The notes under the pieces are model-generated. The model searched no databases and was not told where the DNA came from. It was given only the letters and a program-made list of their open reading frames with translations. A program made the translations under genes and the position numbers. From Gammaproteobacteria bacterium (GTDB lineage Bacteria; Pseudomonadota; Gammaproteobacteria; Eutrophobiales; Eutrophobiaceae): 64,000 nt of DNA. Positions 1-12,805 of the stretch are shown piece after piece. Each line of letters opens with the position of its first letter. Position 1 is the stretch's first letter. The stretch is taken from the NCBI GenBank assembly GCA_963923955.1, contig OZ000552.1:2182061-2246060 (forward strand), written 5' to 3'.

Positions 1-423
1 GATGCGCCCGAAGAACAGCCCCACCGGCACCACAGGCACCAAAAAATCCGTTGTCTCAAAGAAGCCCTTGTCGATGCTGAGGCTATAAATCCACAGGGCC
101 AGCGCCACACCGAGCAGGCCGCCGTGAAAAGACATGCCACCTTCCCAGATTCGGATAATCGCCAACGGCCGGGCCAGATAATAAGGCAGGTTATAAAACA
201 GCACCGAGCCCAGCCGGCCGCCCACGATCATCCCGATGGTACCGTAGAAGATCAGATCGCTGACCCGTGCCGCCGTCCAGCCAGAGCGAGCGCCGCGCAC
301 CGCCCGATAATGCAACAGGGCCCAGGCGATGACAATGCCTGCTACATAGCTGATGCCATACCAACGGATCTGGAGCATACCTAAGTCAAGCGCAACGGGG
401 TCAATATCGGGGTAATTCAGCAT
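1..423 (-). CDS. lgt: prolipoprotein diacylglyceryl transferase Lgt, N-terminal part (3' end beyond window edge)
   Basis: Minus-strand translation from ATG at 423 gives MLNYPDIDPVALDLGMLQIRWYGISYVAGI...RIWEGGMSFHGGLLG, which matches the Lgt N-terminus including the FHGG motif. Absent from the ORF track because it runs off the window. Confidence 0.75.
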   Translation of the reverse strand, partial: MLNYPDIDPVALDLGMLQIRWYGISYVAGIVIAWALLHYRAVRGARSGWTAARVSDLIFYGTIGMIVGGRLGSVLFYNLPYYLARPLAIIRIWEGGMSFHGGLLGVALALWIYSLSIDKGFFETTDFLVPVVPVGLFFGRI

Positions 424-585
424 ACGCCTAGTCTATCATGTCCGCCGGCCTAGATGCCGCCTGTCGTGCCGCCCGCAACGAAGTGCTCGATCAAGCGGCG
501 TTGCTGAGGCGGTAAGACGACTGCTGCGCGAAGGGAGGAATGCATCAGGCTGCCGACCTCTACTCCGTCATGCGCGTTTAAAAAA

Positions 586-775
586 CGTCATTCCTGCGGA
601 AGCTGGAATCCACCGGCTCTTAGCCGAGCCTCCCTCTGGCTTTGATCAGGGGGTACTTAATGGATTCCTGGTCAAGCCAGGAATGACGAAGTAAGGCGAC
701 GTTGCTGTCTATGACTCGTCACTCCTGCGCAAGAACGTCCCCACTGCCTACGAGCAGGGGCAGGAATCTACCGGT
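586..775. repeat. mosaic palindromic repeat cluster A (dRS3/NIME-like units such as gtcattcctgcggaagctggaatcc and ggattcctggtcaagccaggaatgacg)
   Basis: Several ATTCCY-N8-10-RGGAAT inverted-repeat units. The composite also occurs at 53690-54135 in the same orientation and at 48888-49110 inverted. Confidence 0.6.
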
Positions 776-776
776 T

Positions 777-1151
777 TCATCGGCTTGATCGGCAACTAAA
801 GACCATGCTAGGTTTGGCTTCGGATTTATCGCCAAAGTCGAGATAGATGCCGCTACCATCAGGCTCAATGATAAAGGAAAATCTATATCCTCCATCCGGC
901 CCGAGATCCCAACTCCAACGCCTGTCAAAGCCATCCACAAAAAATACCGTGTCATGCACCACGCCTGAGACATAAATTCTGCCGCTGATTCTATCTTCCA
1001 TCACCTGGGCCTTGACCAGTACATTAGGCCCGTAGGTTTTTGTGCATAGCCAATTCTCCGCAACCCCCTCCAGGTTCTCTGAGACTCTCGTCGAATCAGT
1101 GGTGCAAGATGCGACAAGCCCCAGTGCTATTATCATCATTATTATTTTCAC
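777..1151 (-). CDS. hypothetical lipoprotein
   Basis: GTG start lies 7 nt after GGAGG. N-terminus MKIIMMIIALGLVASC has a lipobox (VASC). No recognisable family. Confidence 0.45.
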   Translation of the reverse strand: MKIIMMIIALGLVASCTTDSTRVSENLEGVAENWLCTKTYGPNVLVKAQVMEDRISGRIYVSGVVHDTVFFVDGFDRRWSWDLGPDGGYRFSFIIEPDGSGIYLDFGDKSEAKPSMVFSCRSSR

Positions 1152-1476
1152 CGTTCTACCTCCAATCATCAGGATAACTGAAAACCGGTTTACGAGCGCT
1201 ATCGGTCGGCGCAATGCTTCACGCTTTCAACAAGCGCTTGCTTCGATCCGTTTTATAGGGACGGGTATTATCTCAACTAACGCTGGCGGGGTCGAGAGCA
1301 AAGGCGGTAACGTTCATGAGTTTGACGCTAGGCTGCTTGGGCGGTCAGGTCAATGGCTTGGAAGGCGGGATAAGAAGTGATAAGCGAAACAGCAAAATGA
1401 GCGAATGGACGCTGCTCATGTTGGCTGCTGTTGTGTCTTAAGGAAGCGCTGACTTAATCAGCGCTTTCTTACTATG

Positions 1477-2220
1477 TCACTTAAGCTCACCTTCTTGGAA
1501 TTTGCGGCTGGCGCGGTGGCGGCGCAGGCCGAGTAAGGTCATGACCGGTCCTGACAGGGCGTATAGGACAGCGAACAGGAATAACATGAGCGATGGCCGG
1601 ATGGCGATCAAGGCGAACACCAGGACGATGAACAGGACGCGCACGAAGGGGACGCGGCCCTTTAGGTCGATCTGTTTGAAGCTGTGATAGCGAATGTTGC
1701 TGACCATCAGTATGCCGGTGATGACTGTGAGCGGCAGGGTGATCAGCAACACCTCAATGCCGGCCAAACCTTGCGCATCGCCCAGCCACACCAGCGCGGC
1801 AATCAAGGCGGCGGCGGCGGGACTCGGCAGGCCTTGGAAAAAATGCTTGTCCGCACTGGCGGCCTGGGTGTTAAAACGTGCCAACCTGAGCGCCGTTGCG
1901 GCGGCGTAGATAAAGGAGGCGGTCCAGCCGAGTTTGCCGGCTTCAAATAAAGACCACTGGTACATGACCAGGGCCGGGGCCAGTCCGAATGAAATGAGAT
2001 CGGACAGGCTGTCATACTGCACCCCGAAGTCACTCTGGGTATGGGTTAGTCTTGCAATCCTGCCGTCCATGCCGTCCAGGATCATAGCGACAAAGATCGC
2101 TATCGCGGCCAGTTCAAAGCGCTGGTTAATGGCAGCGATAATGGCGTAGTAACCGGCAAACAGGGCGGCGGTGGTGAACAGGTTGGGCAGGAGATAGATG
2201 CCGCGGCGATGCTTGCTCAT
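1477..2220 (-). CDS. pssA: CDP-diacylglycerol--serine O-phosphatidyltransferase (CDP-alcohol phosphatidyltransferase family)
   Basis: DGMDGRIAR...SDFGVQYDSLSD signature (D-G-x2-A-R...G-x3-D-x3-D), multi-TM, 247 aa. Confidence 0.8.
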   Translation of the reverse strand: MSKHRRGIYLLPNLFTTAALFAGYYAIIAAINQRFELAAIAIFVAMILDGMDGRIARLTHTQSDFGVQYDSLSDLISFGLAPALVMYQWSLFEAGKLGWTASFIYAAATALRLARFNTQAASADKHFFQGLPSPAAAALIAALVWLGDAQGLAGIEVLLITLPLTVITGILMVSNIRYHSFKQIDLKGRVPFVRVLFIVLVFALIAIRPSLMLFLFAVLYALSGPVMTLLGLRRHRASRKFQEGELK

Positions 2221-2224
2221 CAGG

Positions 2225-2875
2225 CTATTGCCCCGGCAGGCTTGTACCCTGCTCGTGGATAAAGCGAGCGAGGATGGCGGAACCTGCGGTCAGCCGCTCA
2301 TCCGGCCTTGCTTCAAGCCGCGAACAGCGCGGGATCCAGACATCGATCACGCCGGCGAAGTAAAAGTAGCCGCATAATTGTCCCTGCCCGATACGCTCGC
2401 CGGTGCGCAGTCGGGTCTTGACGATGGGCGCCCATTTTCCCATCGCCAGCGACAGCACAACATCATCGCCCTCGTCCGTCTGGATCCAGTAGCTATAGCG
2501 TCGTTGATAATCCGAGCCGTCAATCTTCGCCGACCATTCCTTGCGCACCTTGCCTTCTATCGGGCTACGCACGGCGTGTACATCCCAGAGCGACATGTGC
2601 AGGCGAAAACGCAGCGCCGCGCGTGACAAGTGCGGATCTTCCAGGGTCTTGATCGCGGACAGCTTCCCACACACCGGGCTGACCACCGCCAGCGGGGCGG
2701 GCGGGATGGCATAAGAGGGATTGCGCAAGATAAAGGCGGATATGGCGATCAGGGCCAGACACAGAAGGGCAGCGGTGATGCCGAGATAGATCTTGGCAAG
2801 CAGCAGCAACAGCAGCAGCGCGCTCAAGACCGGCCAGCCCTCGCGGGCGATCAGGTGCTGGTCATTGCCCGGCAT
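2225..2875 (-). CDS. psd: phosphatidylserine decarboxylase family protein (short form)
   Basis: VVSPVCGKL and HMSLWDVHAVRSPIEGKV blocks resemble the Psd core. N-terminal TM segment. Immediately upstream of pssA on the same strand. Confidence 0.6.
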   Translation of the reverse strand: MPGNDQHLIAREGWPVLSALLLLLLLAKIYLGITAALLCLALIAISAFILRNPSYAIPPAPLAVVSPVCGKLSAIKTLEDPHLSRAALRFRLHMSLWDVHAVRSPIEGKVRKEWSAKIDGSDYQRRYSYWIQTDEGDDVVLSLAMGKWAPIVKTRLRTGERIGQGQLCGYFYFAGVIDVWIPRCSRLEARPDERLTAGSAILARFIHEQGTSLPGQ

Positions 2876-2913
2876 GACGAAAGACTCTTTATGCCCCCGC
2901 GTATTCCGCCGGC

Positions 2914-3957
<1,044 letters not shown>

Positions 3958-4147
3958 CTAAAAATGCACTTCTTTCGCGATAGCCCCCGTTCGGGCCGAG
4001 GGCAGGCGTTGTTGGCGGCGTACTCGCATCCTTAATCTTAGCTTATACACTCCGGTGCTGTGTGCGCCGCCGCCTCGCTCTCACAAAAAAATTACTATTT
4101 TTAGCGTCGCCCTTATTTAAATTTAACCGGCCATCAGTTGCCGGCAT

Positions 4148-4639
4148 TCAAATACGTATCGCCTTATCCCCGCGCGCAATGCCTGAGACGCCGCTGCGCA
4201 CGAGCTCCAGTATCGCGCCCGCATCCACTGCCTTGATAAAGGCATCCAGCTTATCGCCGGCACCGGTGATCTCTATCGTATAGGCCGTCTCTGTTACATC
4301 AATAATGCGCCCGCGAAAGATATCGACCAGGCGCTTTATCTCTTCTCGTGCCTCATCTTGGGCCGCCAGCTTGATCAACATCAGTTCACGCTCAATGTGC
4401 TCGCCCTCATTCAGATCGGCAACCTTGATCACATCCAGCAATTTATTCAACTGTTTGGTGATCTGTTCAATGATCTCATCAGAGCCGGTGGTTACGATCG
4501 TCATCCGTGAGACCGATGCATCTTCCGTCGGCGCAACGGTTAAGGATTCTATATTAAAGGCGCGCGCAGAGAACAGACCGGCCACCCTGGATAGAGCGCC
4601 TGCTTCGTTTTCCATCAGCAAGGAGATGATATGCCGCAC
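4148..4639 (-). CDS. ilvH: acetolactate synthase small (regulatory) subunit
   Basis: ACT-domain start MRHIISLLMENEAGALSRVAGLFSARAFNIESLTV. Adjacent to the large subunit. Confidence 0.9.
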   Translation of the reverse strand: MRHIISLLMENEAGALSRVAGLFSARAFNIESLTVAPTEDASVSRMTIVTTGSDEIIEQITKQLNKLLDVIKVADLNEGEHIERELMLIKLAAQDEAREEIKRLVDIFRGRIIDVTETAYTIEITGAGDKLDAFIKAVDAGAILELVRSGVSGIARGDKAIRI

Positions 4640-4641
4640 GC

Positions 4642-6375
4642 TTAAGCCAACTCTCTGGCGGGTGCCATGTGCATTTCATGCTGCCCCTTGCCGGCGGCGA
4701 TCATCGGATAGACGTTCTCGGATTGATCAGTAATAAAATCGATCAACACCAGCCGATCTTTCAATGCCAGTGCTTCTTCTAAAGCCGTTTCAACGTCAGC
4801 AGTCTTCTCCACTCGCATGCCAACATGGCCGAAGCTCTCCGCCAGCTTGACAAAGTCCGGCAGCGCCTCCATGTAGGAATGCGAATAGCGCTTTTCATAA
4901 AAGAACTCCTGCCACTGCCGCACCATGCCCATGTAACGATTATTCAGGTTGATGATCTTGATCGGCAGATCATATTGCAGGCAGGTCGATAACTCCTGAA
5001 TGCACATCACCAAGCTGGCCTCGCCGGTAACGCAGGCAACGGTTGCTCCAGGAAAGGCCATCTTCACGCCCAGAGCGGCGGGCAGGCCGAAACCCATCGT
5101 GCCCAGGCCGCCGGAATTGATCCAGCGCCGCGGTTTATCGAACTTATAAAACTGCGCCGCCCACATCTGGTGTTGCCCGACATCCGAGGTCACATAGGCC
5201 TCGCCATGGGTGAGCTCGTGCAGCTTTTCTATGACATATTGCGGCTTGATGACCTCGCTATTGCGATCATAGGCAAGGCAGTCTGTACCCTGCCAGGTCT
5301 TGATCTGCTGCCACCATGCGCGCAAGGCTGCCGTATCGATCTTGTCCTTAGCGCCCTTCAAGACCGCATTGAGATCGGCTAAGACATGCTTCACATTACC
5401 CACGATCGGGACATCCACCTTCACGTTCTTGGAGATGGAAGAAGGGTCAACATCAATATGCACGATCTGTGCCTCCGGGCAGAACTGATCCAATTCGCCG
5501 GTCACCCGATCATCAAAACGCGCGCCGATCGCCACCAGCACATCACAATGGTGCATGCCCATATTCGCCTCATAGGTGCCGTGCATGCCTAACATGCCGA
5601 CGAATTGCCGGTCACTCGCCGGGTAGGCACCGAGCCCCATCAGGGTATTGGTGATCGGGTAGCCCAGTATCTTTGTGAACTCGATCAACTCCTGATCCGC
5701 ATTGCTCAAGATCACGCCGCCGCCGCTGTAGATCATCGGCCGCTTTGCTGCGCAGATCAGTTTCGCCGCACGCCTGATCTGCCCCGGGTGCCCCTTGACT
5801 GAGGGCCGATACGAGCGCATGACGACTGCCTCCGGATAGACATACTCACAGGCCGCATCCGTGACATCTTTGGGAATATCCACCAGCACCGGACCCGGCC
5901 GGCCGCTCATGGCGACATGAAAGGCCTTCTTGATCGTGCCAGCAAGCTGCCTGACATCTTCAACCAGAAAATTGTGTTTTACGCAGGGCCGGGTGATCCC
6001 GACTGCATCGACCTCCTGAAAGGCATCGTTGCCAATCAGCTTGGTGGGCACCTGCCCGGAAAAGACCACCAGGGGGATGGAGTCCATGTAGGCAGTCGCA
6101 ATGCCGGTGACCGCGTTGGTAACGCCGGGGCCGGAGGTAACCAGCACCACGCCCGGCCTGCCGGTGGCGCGCGCATAACCATCCGCGGCATGGGCGGCGC
6201 CCTGCTCATGGCGCACCAGGACGTGTTCCACCTCGTTCTGGCTGTACAAGGCATCATAGATATGCAGCACCGCACCGCCCGGATAACCAAAGACATGCTC
6301 AACGCCTTCGTCTTTTAATGCACGGACGAAGATCTCACAGCCGCGTAGAATTTCTTTTGCTTCACTCACCTTCAC
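4642..6375 (-). CDS. ilvI: acetolactate synthase large subunit (TPP enzyme)
   Basis: 577 aa with GVEHVFGYPGGAVLHIYDAL N-terminus and TPP-binding region. GTG start. Confidence 0.95.
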   Translation of the reverse strand: MKVSEAKEILRGCEIFVRALKDEGVEHVFGYPGGAVLHIYDALYSQNEVEHVLVRHEQGAAHAADGYARATGRPGVVLVTSGPGVTNAVTGIATAYMDSIPLVVFSGQVPTKLIGNDAFQEVDAVGITRPCVKHNFLVEDVRQLAGTIKKAFHVAMSGRPGPVLVDIPKDVTDAACEYVYPEAVVMRSYRPSVKGHPGQIRRAAKLICAAKRPMIYSGGGVILSNADQELIEFTKILGYPITNTLMGLGAYPASDRQFVGMLGMHGTYEANMGMHHCDVLVAIGARFDDRVTGELDQFCPEAQIVHIDVDPSSISKNVKVDVPIVGNVKHVLADLNAVLKGAKDKIDTAALRAWWQQIKTWQGTDCLAYDRNSEVIKPQYVIEKLHELTHGEAYVTSDVGQHQMWAAQFYKFDKPRRWINSGGLGTMGFGLPAALGVKMAFPGATVACVTGEASLVMCIQELSTCLQYDLPIKIINLNNRYMGMVRQWQEFFYEKRYSHSYMEALPDFVKLAESFGHVGMRVEKTADVETALEEALALKDRLVLIDFITDQSENVYPMIAAGKGQHEMHMAPARELA

Positions 6376-6580
6376 TTAACCTTGAATCTTTGCCTGGACA
6401 GAGCATGGGAAGTTACTGATTTTCCCGGCACAGGTCAAGTTGTGCCGTGCACAAAAAGACACAAAGGCGTATTGATTCTCGGCTTTATTGTTATGTCGAA
6501 TGCTTGGGTCACATATAAGCGCTGAATCGGGTAAGATGGGCGCGCTTATTTAACGAACTAATAACATACTCAGGGCGCTC

Positions 6581-8682
<2,102 letters not shown>

Positions 8683-8700
8683 TCATATAACAACACATGC

Positions 8701-9344
8701 CTACCCGGTCTCTGATTTGCTCAGGAGCGCATAGGTATCCGAGCGCCGGTCACGCAGAAACTGCCAGCCATTGCGGACCTCACGCACCAGCGCCAGAGCA
8801 ATCTCATGCACCAGCGATTCATCCTCATCCCGACTTGCCAGCGCCTCGATATCGCCGCGTGGATTGACCACGTAACTCTGGCCATAAAACTCACCAATGT
8901 TCCACGGCGCTTCCCTGCCAACCAGATTGATTGCGCCGATATAAACGCCATTGGCAGCGGCGGCGGGCTGTTCCAGCTTCCATAAGTATTCCGATAGACC
9001 GGCAACCGTGGCGGATGGGTTGACGATATATTCGGCGCCTTGCAGCGCAAGCGCGCACCAGCCCTCCGGGAAATGACGGTCATAACAGATATAAACGCCG
9101 AGCTTGCAATAGGCGATGTCAAATACCGGCCAGTTGGATGTGTCCGGCGTGAAAAAAACTTCTCCCAAAAGCCGGCAACCTGGGGGATATGTGTCTTGCG
9201 ATACTTGCCTAAGAAAGCGCCATCAGCATCGATCACCGCGGCCGTGTTGTAATGCACCCCGGCAGCGCCTCTTCATAGAGCGGCGCCACGATAACCATTT
9301 GGTATTTTTTGGCATATTCCTGCATGAGTTTGGTTGTGTAACCA
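8701..9344 (-). pseudogene. nitrilase-superfamily N-carbamoyl amidohydrolase (beta-ureidopropionase/N-carbamoylputrescine amidase-like), frameshifted and 5'-truncated
   Basis: Three overlapping frames carry consecutive parts. These are AESIPDGYTTKLMQEYAKKYQMVIVAPLYEE, then HYNTAAVIDADGAFLGKYRKTHIP, then FTPDTSNWPVFDIAYCKLGVYICYDRHFPEGW...GAEYIVNPSA. The N-terminal roughly 60 codons are replaced by the IS fragment. Confidence 0.7.
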
Positions 9345-9629
9345 TCAGGAATGGACTCTGCCGCCTTGATGGAGGACTCCAAAGACCGGCACTTTCCCAC
9401 CCGCTCCCCGTCCGCGTTGGCCTTTACGTCTGCCGCCAAAATAACTTTCATCGACTTCAAACTCTCCCCAAAGCAGAGAGGTCTTTGGGGATTCAAGGGC
9501 GATCAATTCTCGCAAACGATGATAGTAGTAGGCCGCTGTTGTCTTATTCACATTGACCCATGCTGCCGCAGTGCGGACTTTTGTTGCAGACACAAAATGC
9601 TCTATTAAACGATTTTTTTGCCCACACAT
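9345..9629 (-). mobile_element. IS1595-family (ISXO2-like) transposase N-terminal fragment
   Basis: RLIEHFVSATKVRTAAAWVNVNKTTAAYYYHRLRELIA HTH plus EVDESYFGGRRKGQRGRGAGGKVPVFGVLHQGGRV. This is the characteristic start of the ISXO2-like DDE domain. Truncated after about 94 codons. Confidence 0.7.
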
Positions 9630-9739
9630 AAACGACTTTTACGCATGGTCATAAGATAATACAATGTGGATGATACAATGCGATCATCTAAGACAGATCC
9701 ATCAGTTTTAGCAAAATAGAGGCTTATCGTTCATCCAAT

Positions 9740-10696
9740 ATGAAGACTCTCATCAAGGGTACGCCGCGCATCTCCGTCATCATTCCGGTGTATAACCGCT
9801 ACGCCAGCCTGGTGCGGGCGCTGGAGTCGGTGCAAGCACAGACCTATCCCGTTTATGAGGTTCTGATCGTGGATGACGGCTCGGATGAAGAGATTGCCGG
9901 GCAAATCGCTGCGCTGGAGGAAGGTGTGGTACGGGTGCTGCGTCTGGCGCAAAATAGCGGGGCGGCAGCGGCGCGCAACGTTGGCATGGCGGCGGCCCTT
10001 GGCGAGTACATCGCCCTGCTGGATTCAGATGACCTCTGGCGGCCGGAGAAAACCGCCCGCCAGCTGGCCTTCATGCAACAGACCGGCAGCCGCTTCAGCG
10101 CCACGTCCTACTGGCGCCATTTTCACTATGGCATAAAGGCGGGTTGGTATGAGTTGTATGAGCCTGCTGCTACCGTTGCAATGCGGCACATCGTCAGCGG
10201 CTGCGCCTTTGCCACCACGACCTGCTTGTTCGAGCGCAGCCTGCTGGCAGCACTGGAGCCGCAGGATGAGGCATTGCGACGCGCACAAGATTGGGAGTGG
10301 TTCCTGCGCGTTGTGGCGCTCACCCCAGTGCGGACGCTGCGTGAGCCGCTTGCGGTCATCGGGATGCATCGCAGACCTGTTGCAGAGAAAATGTTTCGTG
10401 CGGCTACGTATATGCGGCGCAAGCATCTGCGCGCCCTGGCCGGCAAGAATCCCCTGCTGGCCCTGCGTTTTTTGTCCGCGCTCGGCGTCATGGCGGGCGG
10501 GGCGGCGTACCGAGAGGGCAGGTGGCTGCGGGTTTTGTGGTACACGACTCTGGCGATGCTATGCTGGCCGGGCAATATACCGGCGGTGGCCTGGCAGCGT
10601 TCAAAAAACTGGCTCTTCCCTTTCCGTACTCGTCTGCACAAGAACGAGCCGCCATGGGCGCGGGGGGGGGGGGGGGGGGGGGGGGGGGGGAAGTAA
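9740..10696 (+). CDS. family 2 glycosyltransferase (GT-A), ending in a poly-Gly tail encoded by the poly-G tract
   Basis: RISVIIPVYNRYASLVRALESVQAQTYPVYEVLIVDDGSDEE and LDSDD (DxD) motifs. The C-terminus RGGGGGGGGGK* is read from the G29 tract. Confidence 0.8.
   Translation: MKTLIKGTPRISVIIPVYNRYASLVRALESVQAQTYPVYEVLIVDDGSDEEIAGQIAALEEGVVRVLRLAQNSGAAAARNVGMAAALGEYIALLDSDDLWRPEKTARQLAFMQQTGSRFSATSYWRHFHYGIKAGWYELYEPAATVAMRHIVSGCAFATTTCLFERSLLAALEPQDEALRRAQDWEWFLRVVALTPVRTLREPLAVIGMHRRPVAEKMFRAATYMRRKHLRALAGKNPLLALRFLSALGVMAGGAAYREGRWLRVLWYTTLAMLCWPGNIPAVAWQRSKNWLFPFRTRLHKNEPPWARGGGGGGGGGK
10662..10690. repeat. 29-nt homopolymeric poly-G tract (candidate slipped-strand phase-variation switch)
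   Basis: Uninterrupted g x29 at the 3' end of the GT2 gene. It lies 82 nt upstream of the next GT2 ATG at 10772. Confidence 0.95.
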
Positions 10697-10771
10697 TGCC
10701 AGCCCACCTTGCCTATCGGTTCTCGCCTTCAGCATCATTGCATCCATTTTTATCTTTTGACGGAATTTGCC

Positions 10772-11587
10772 ATGCGCCGGGTTGAAGTGGCTATTGCGAC
10801 CTATAATCAGAGGGTATTCAGCGCCGTCTCACTCGCCCAATCCTTCAATGAAAAGACGCCAGTGCTGATAGCGCACCAGCTCGATGACTACGCACTCTCT
10901 GCGCGCGAGACGGCATTTGTCCGCAGGCAGCTGGATGCGGCTGCGAATATTCGGTATAGACCTTTGCATACGCGGGGATTGGCCAAAAGCCGGAATTTTG
11001 CGATAGGCGCAGCAGAAGGTGAATATATCTGGTTTCTGGACGATGACGTTACCATAGAGCCGGACTGTGTGGAAATCATTGAGAAGGCGATAAAGGATTT
11101 GCGGAACCCGGATGTCATCACCTTTCAGACAGGCAAACCAGAGGGCGGAAAACGTAAAAATTACAAGTCATTGCTGCATGAACATAACTGGCGCAGCGTT
11201 CTACGCATATCGTCCGTTGAAGTGGTCGTGAAAAGTTCGTTTATCCTCAGCGAGCACATTGTATTTGACGAGCGCTTTGGTCTTAACGGGCAGTATGGTT
11301 CAGGCGAGGAGAATATTTTTATCTGTGATTGTATGAATGCCGGCGCAAGGGCGTATTATTACCCGGCTGAAATCTGCAAGCATGCGGCCGTTAGCAGCGG
11401 GATGGGCATAGCGAATGAGACGGTCGCCTTCTCTAAAGGTGCGGTTTTCAAGCGAATGTACGGCAACTATGGCCTGTTCTTTGTGCTTTTATTTTGCAGA
11501 AGAAAATATGAGGAAATATCCGCTACCATGAGCATTTTCAAGTATTTGCTCTGCATGATGAAGGGGTGGAAAACACTCAAGCGCTGA
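10772..11587 (+). CDS. family 2 glycosyltransferase-like protein
   Basis: MRRVEVAIATYNQ start. GEYIWFLDDDV (DxD) motif and C-terminal hydrophobic segment. The upstream part of the ORF-track call (10709-10771) is probably not translated. Confidence 0.7.
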   Translation: MRRVEVAIATYNQRVFSAVSLAQSFNEKTPVLIAHQLDDYALSARETAFVRRQLDAAANIRYRPLHTRGLAKSRNFAIGAAEGEYIWFLDDDVTIEPDCVEIIEKAIKDLRNPDVITFQTGKPEGGKRKNYKSLLHEHNWRSVLRISSVEVVVKSSFILSEHIVFDERFGLNGQYGSGEENIFICDCMNAGARAYYYPAEICKHAAVSSGMGIANETVAFSKGAVFKRMYGNYGLFFVLLFCRRKYEEISATMSIFKYLLCMMKGWKTLKR

Positions 11588-11719
11588 TAGGAAAACAGCG
11601 ATTCGGGGGGTGTTGTTATATGAAAAAGGCCGACGGGTGCCGCCCTGAAAATATCAGCTTATTCATAATCGGCAGCATTTTTACTTTGTAGCCAACGTTT
11701 ATATAAGTCCGAGGTTTCT

Positions 11720-12163
11720 TCAATTACCGGTCGGGCGATCAGGCGAGCGAATTTTCATGAACAAATAATAGCTCCCGCCGGTGATGAGTGCGCCGGTGAA
11801 CCAGGCATAGTGATATAAACTGATAAAGAGGCCGGGCACATTATCCAGCGCTTCAATCGCGGCCAGAAAGCCGGGGATGTTAGGCGCAACGCCAAGGCCG
11901 AAGGCAATCATCGCCTTTACATTCCATCCCTTGCTGTAGCGATAGGCGCCCGCAACAAACTCCGATGGCCTTGCCAGCATATCGCCAAAGCCATCAGCCT
12001 GCACATAGGCCCAGGCCAGCAGCGCAAATGCGGCAAGCAACAAAAAGGGAGCGTCCAAGGTTTCCAGCCAGCGAATGGATTCGGTGCCGCGGATGATAAA
12101 GATCAACTGCAAGGCCCAAAAGGCGAGAAAACATAAGGCTTGCGCGAGATCAATGCCGATCAA
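11720..12163 (-). pseudogene. possible C-terminal fragment of an NCS1-type nucleobase/hydantoin permease
   Basis: 147-aa ORF with 3-4 predicted TM helices and a ...FTGALITGGSYYLF C-terminus, weakly reminiscent of NCS1 permeases. No upstream continuation in any frame. Confidence 0.3.
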
Positions 12164-12485
12164 CGGCAGCAGGGAATGTTCCCCTTTTGGTAAGCCAAGC
12201 TAAGGCACGTATTATTTATGACCCGGCTGGTCGTAGTAACAGGAAGGTCTATTGCAGCTGTGCAAATCCAATGCTGCGAAGCCATCACCGCAGAGATGGC
12301 ACACGGACAAACGGGCATAGACGATTTTGAAGCCATGAAGCTGAAACACGCCTACAGGCGCAGCACGCGGTAGATTTTCTCAGCGCCCCCATTGCTGAGC
12401 TTTATTCACTGTTTCCGCCTTTGGCAAGATGCCGGTTAAGGCAGTCAGCCTGACAATGCTTAGCCGCCCGGTCTCCAGTCTTGAT

Positions 12486-12758
12486 CTAGCGGATCTCAAA
12501 TCCACGAAAGCTGTTATCTTCAACTTCTTCAATTTCCACATTGGCCACCTCCGCCATCTGCGGGCCCTGCTGCAACCAGCGCTCAAACTGATCAAGGGCA
12601 GCATCCGCACCTTGGGCACGGCCTGCAACCCGGCCGTCGGGCAGATTGCTCACCCAGCCTGAGATGCCCAGCCTCTTTGCCTCCCGGCGGGTTGCGGCAC
12701 GGAAGAAGACGCCCTGCACCCGGCCGGAGACAATGAAATGAATCGTCCTGCATGGCAT
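12486..12758 (-). CDS. acyP: acylphosphatase
   Basis: 90 aa, VSGRVQGVFFRAATRREAKRLGISGWVSNLPDGRV signature. Confidence 0.85.
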   Translation of the reverse strand: MPCRTIHFIVSGRVQGVFFRAATRREAKRLGISGWVSNLPDGRVAGRAQGADAALDQFERWLQQGPQMAEVANVEIEEVEDNSFRGFEIR

Positions 12759-12805
12759 TGCAATTAAACCTCGTTGTTTTAATCAGGCTCAAGCAAACCT
12801 ATAGG

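Noticed and set aside
1042-2150. Multiple 60-110 aa ORFs antisense to the lipoprotein gene, pssA and psd
   Set aside because: They are embedded opposite well-supported genes in GC-rich DNA and are typical antisense ORF noise with no motifs.
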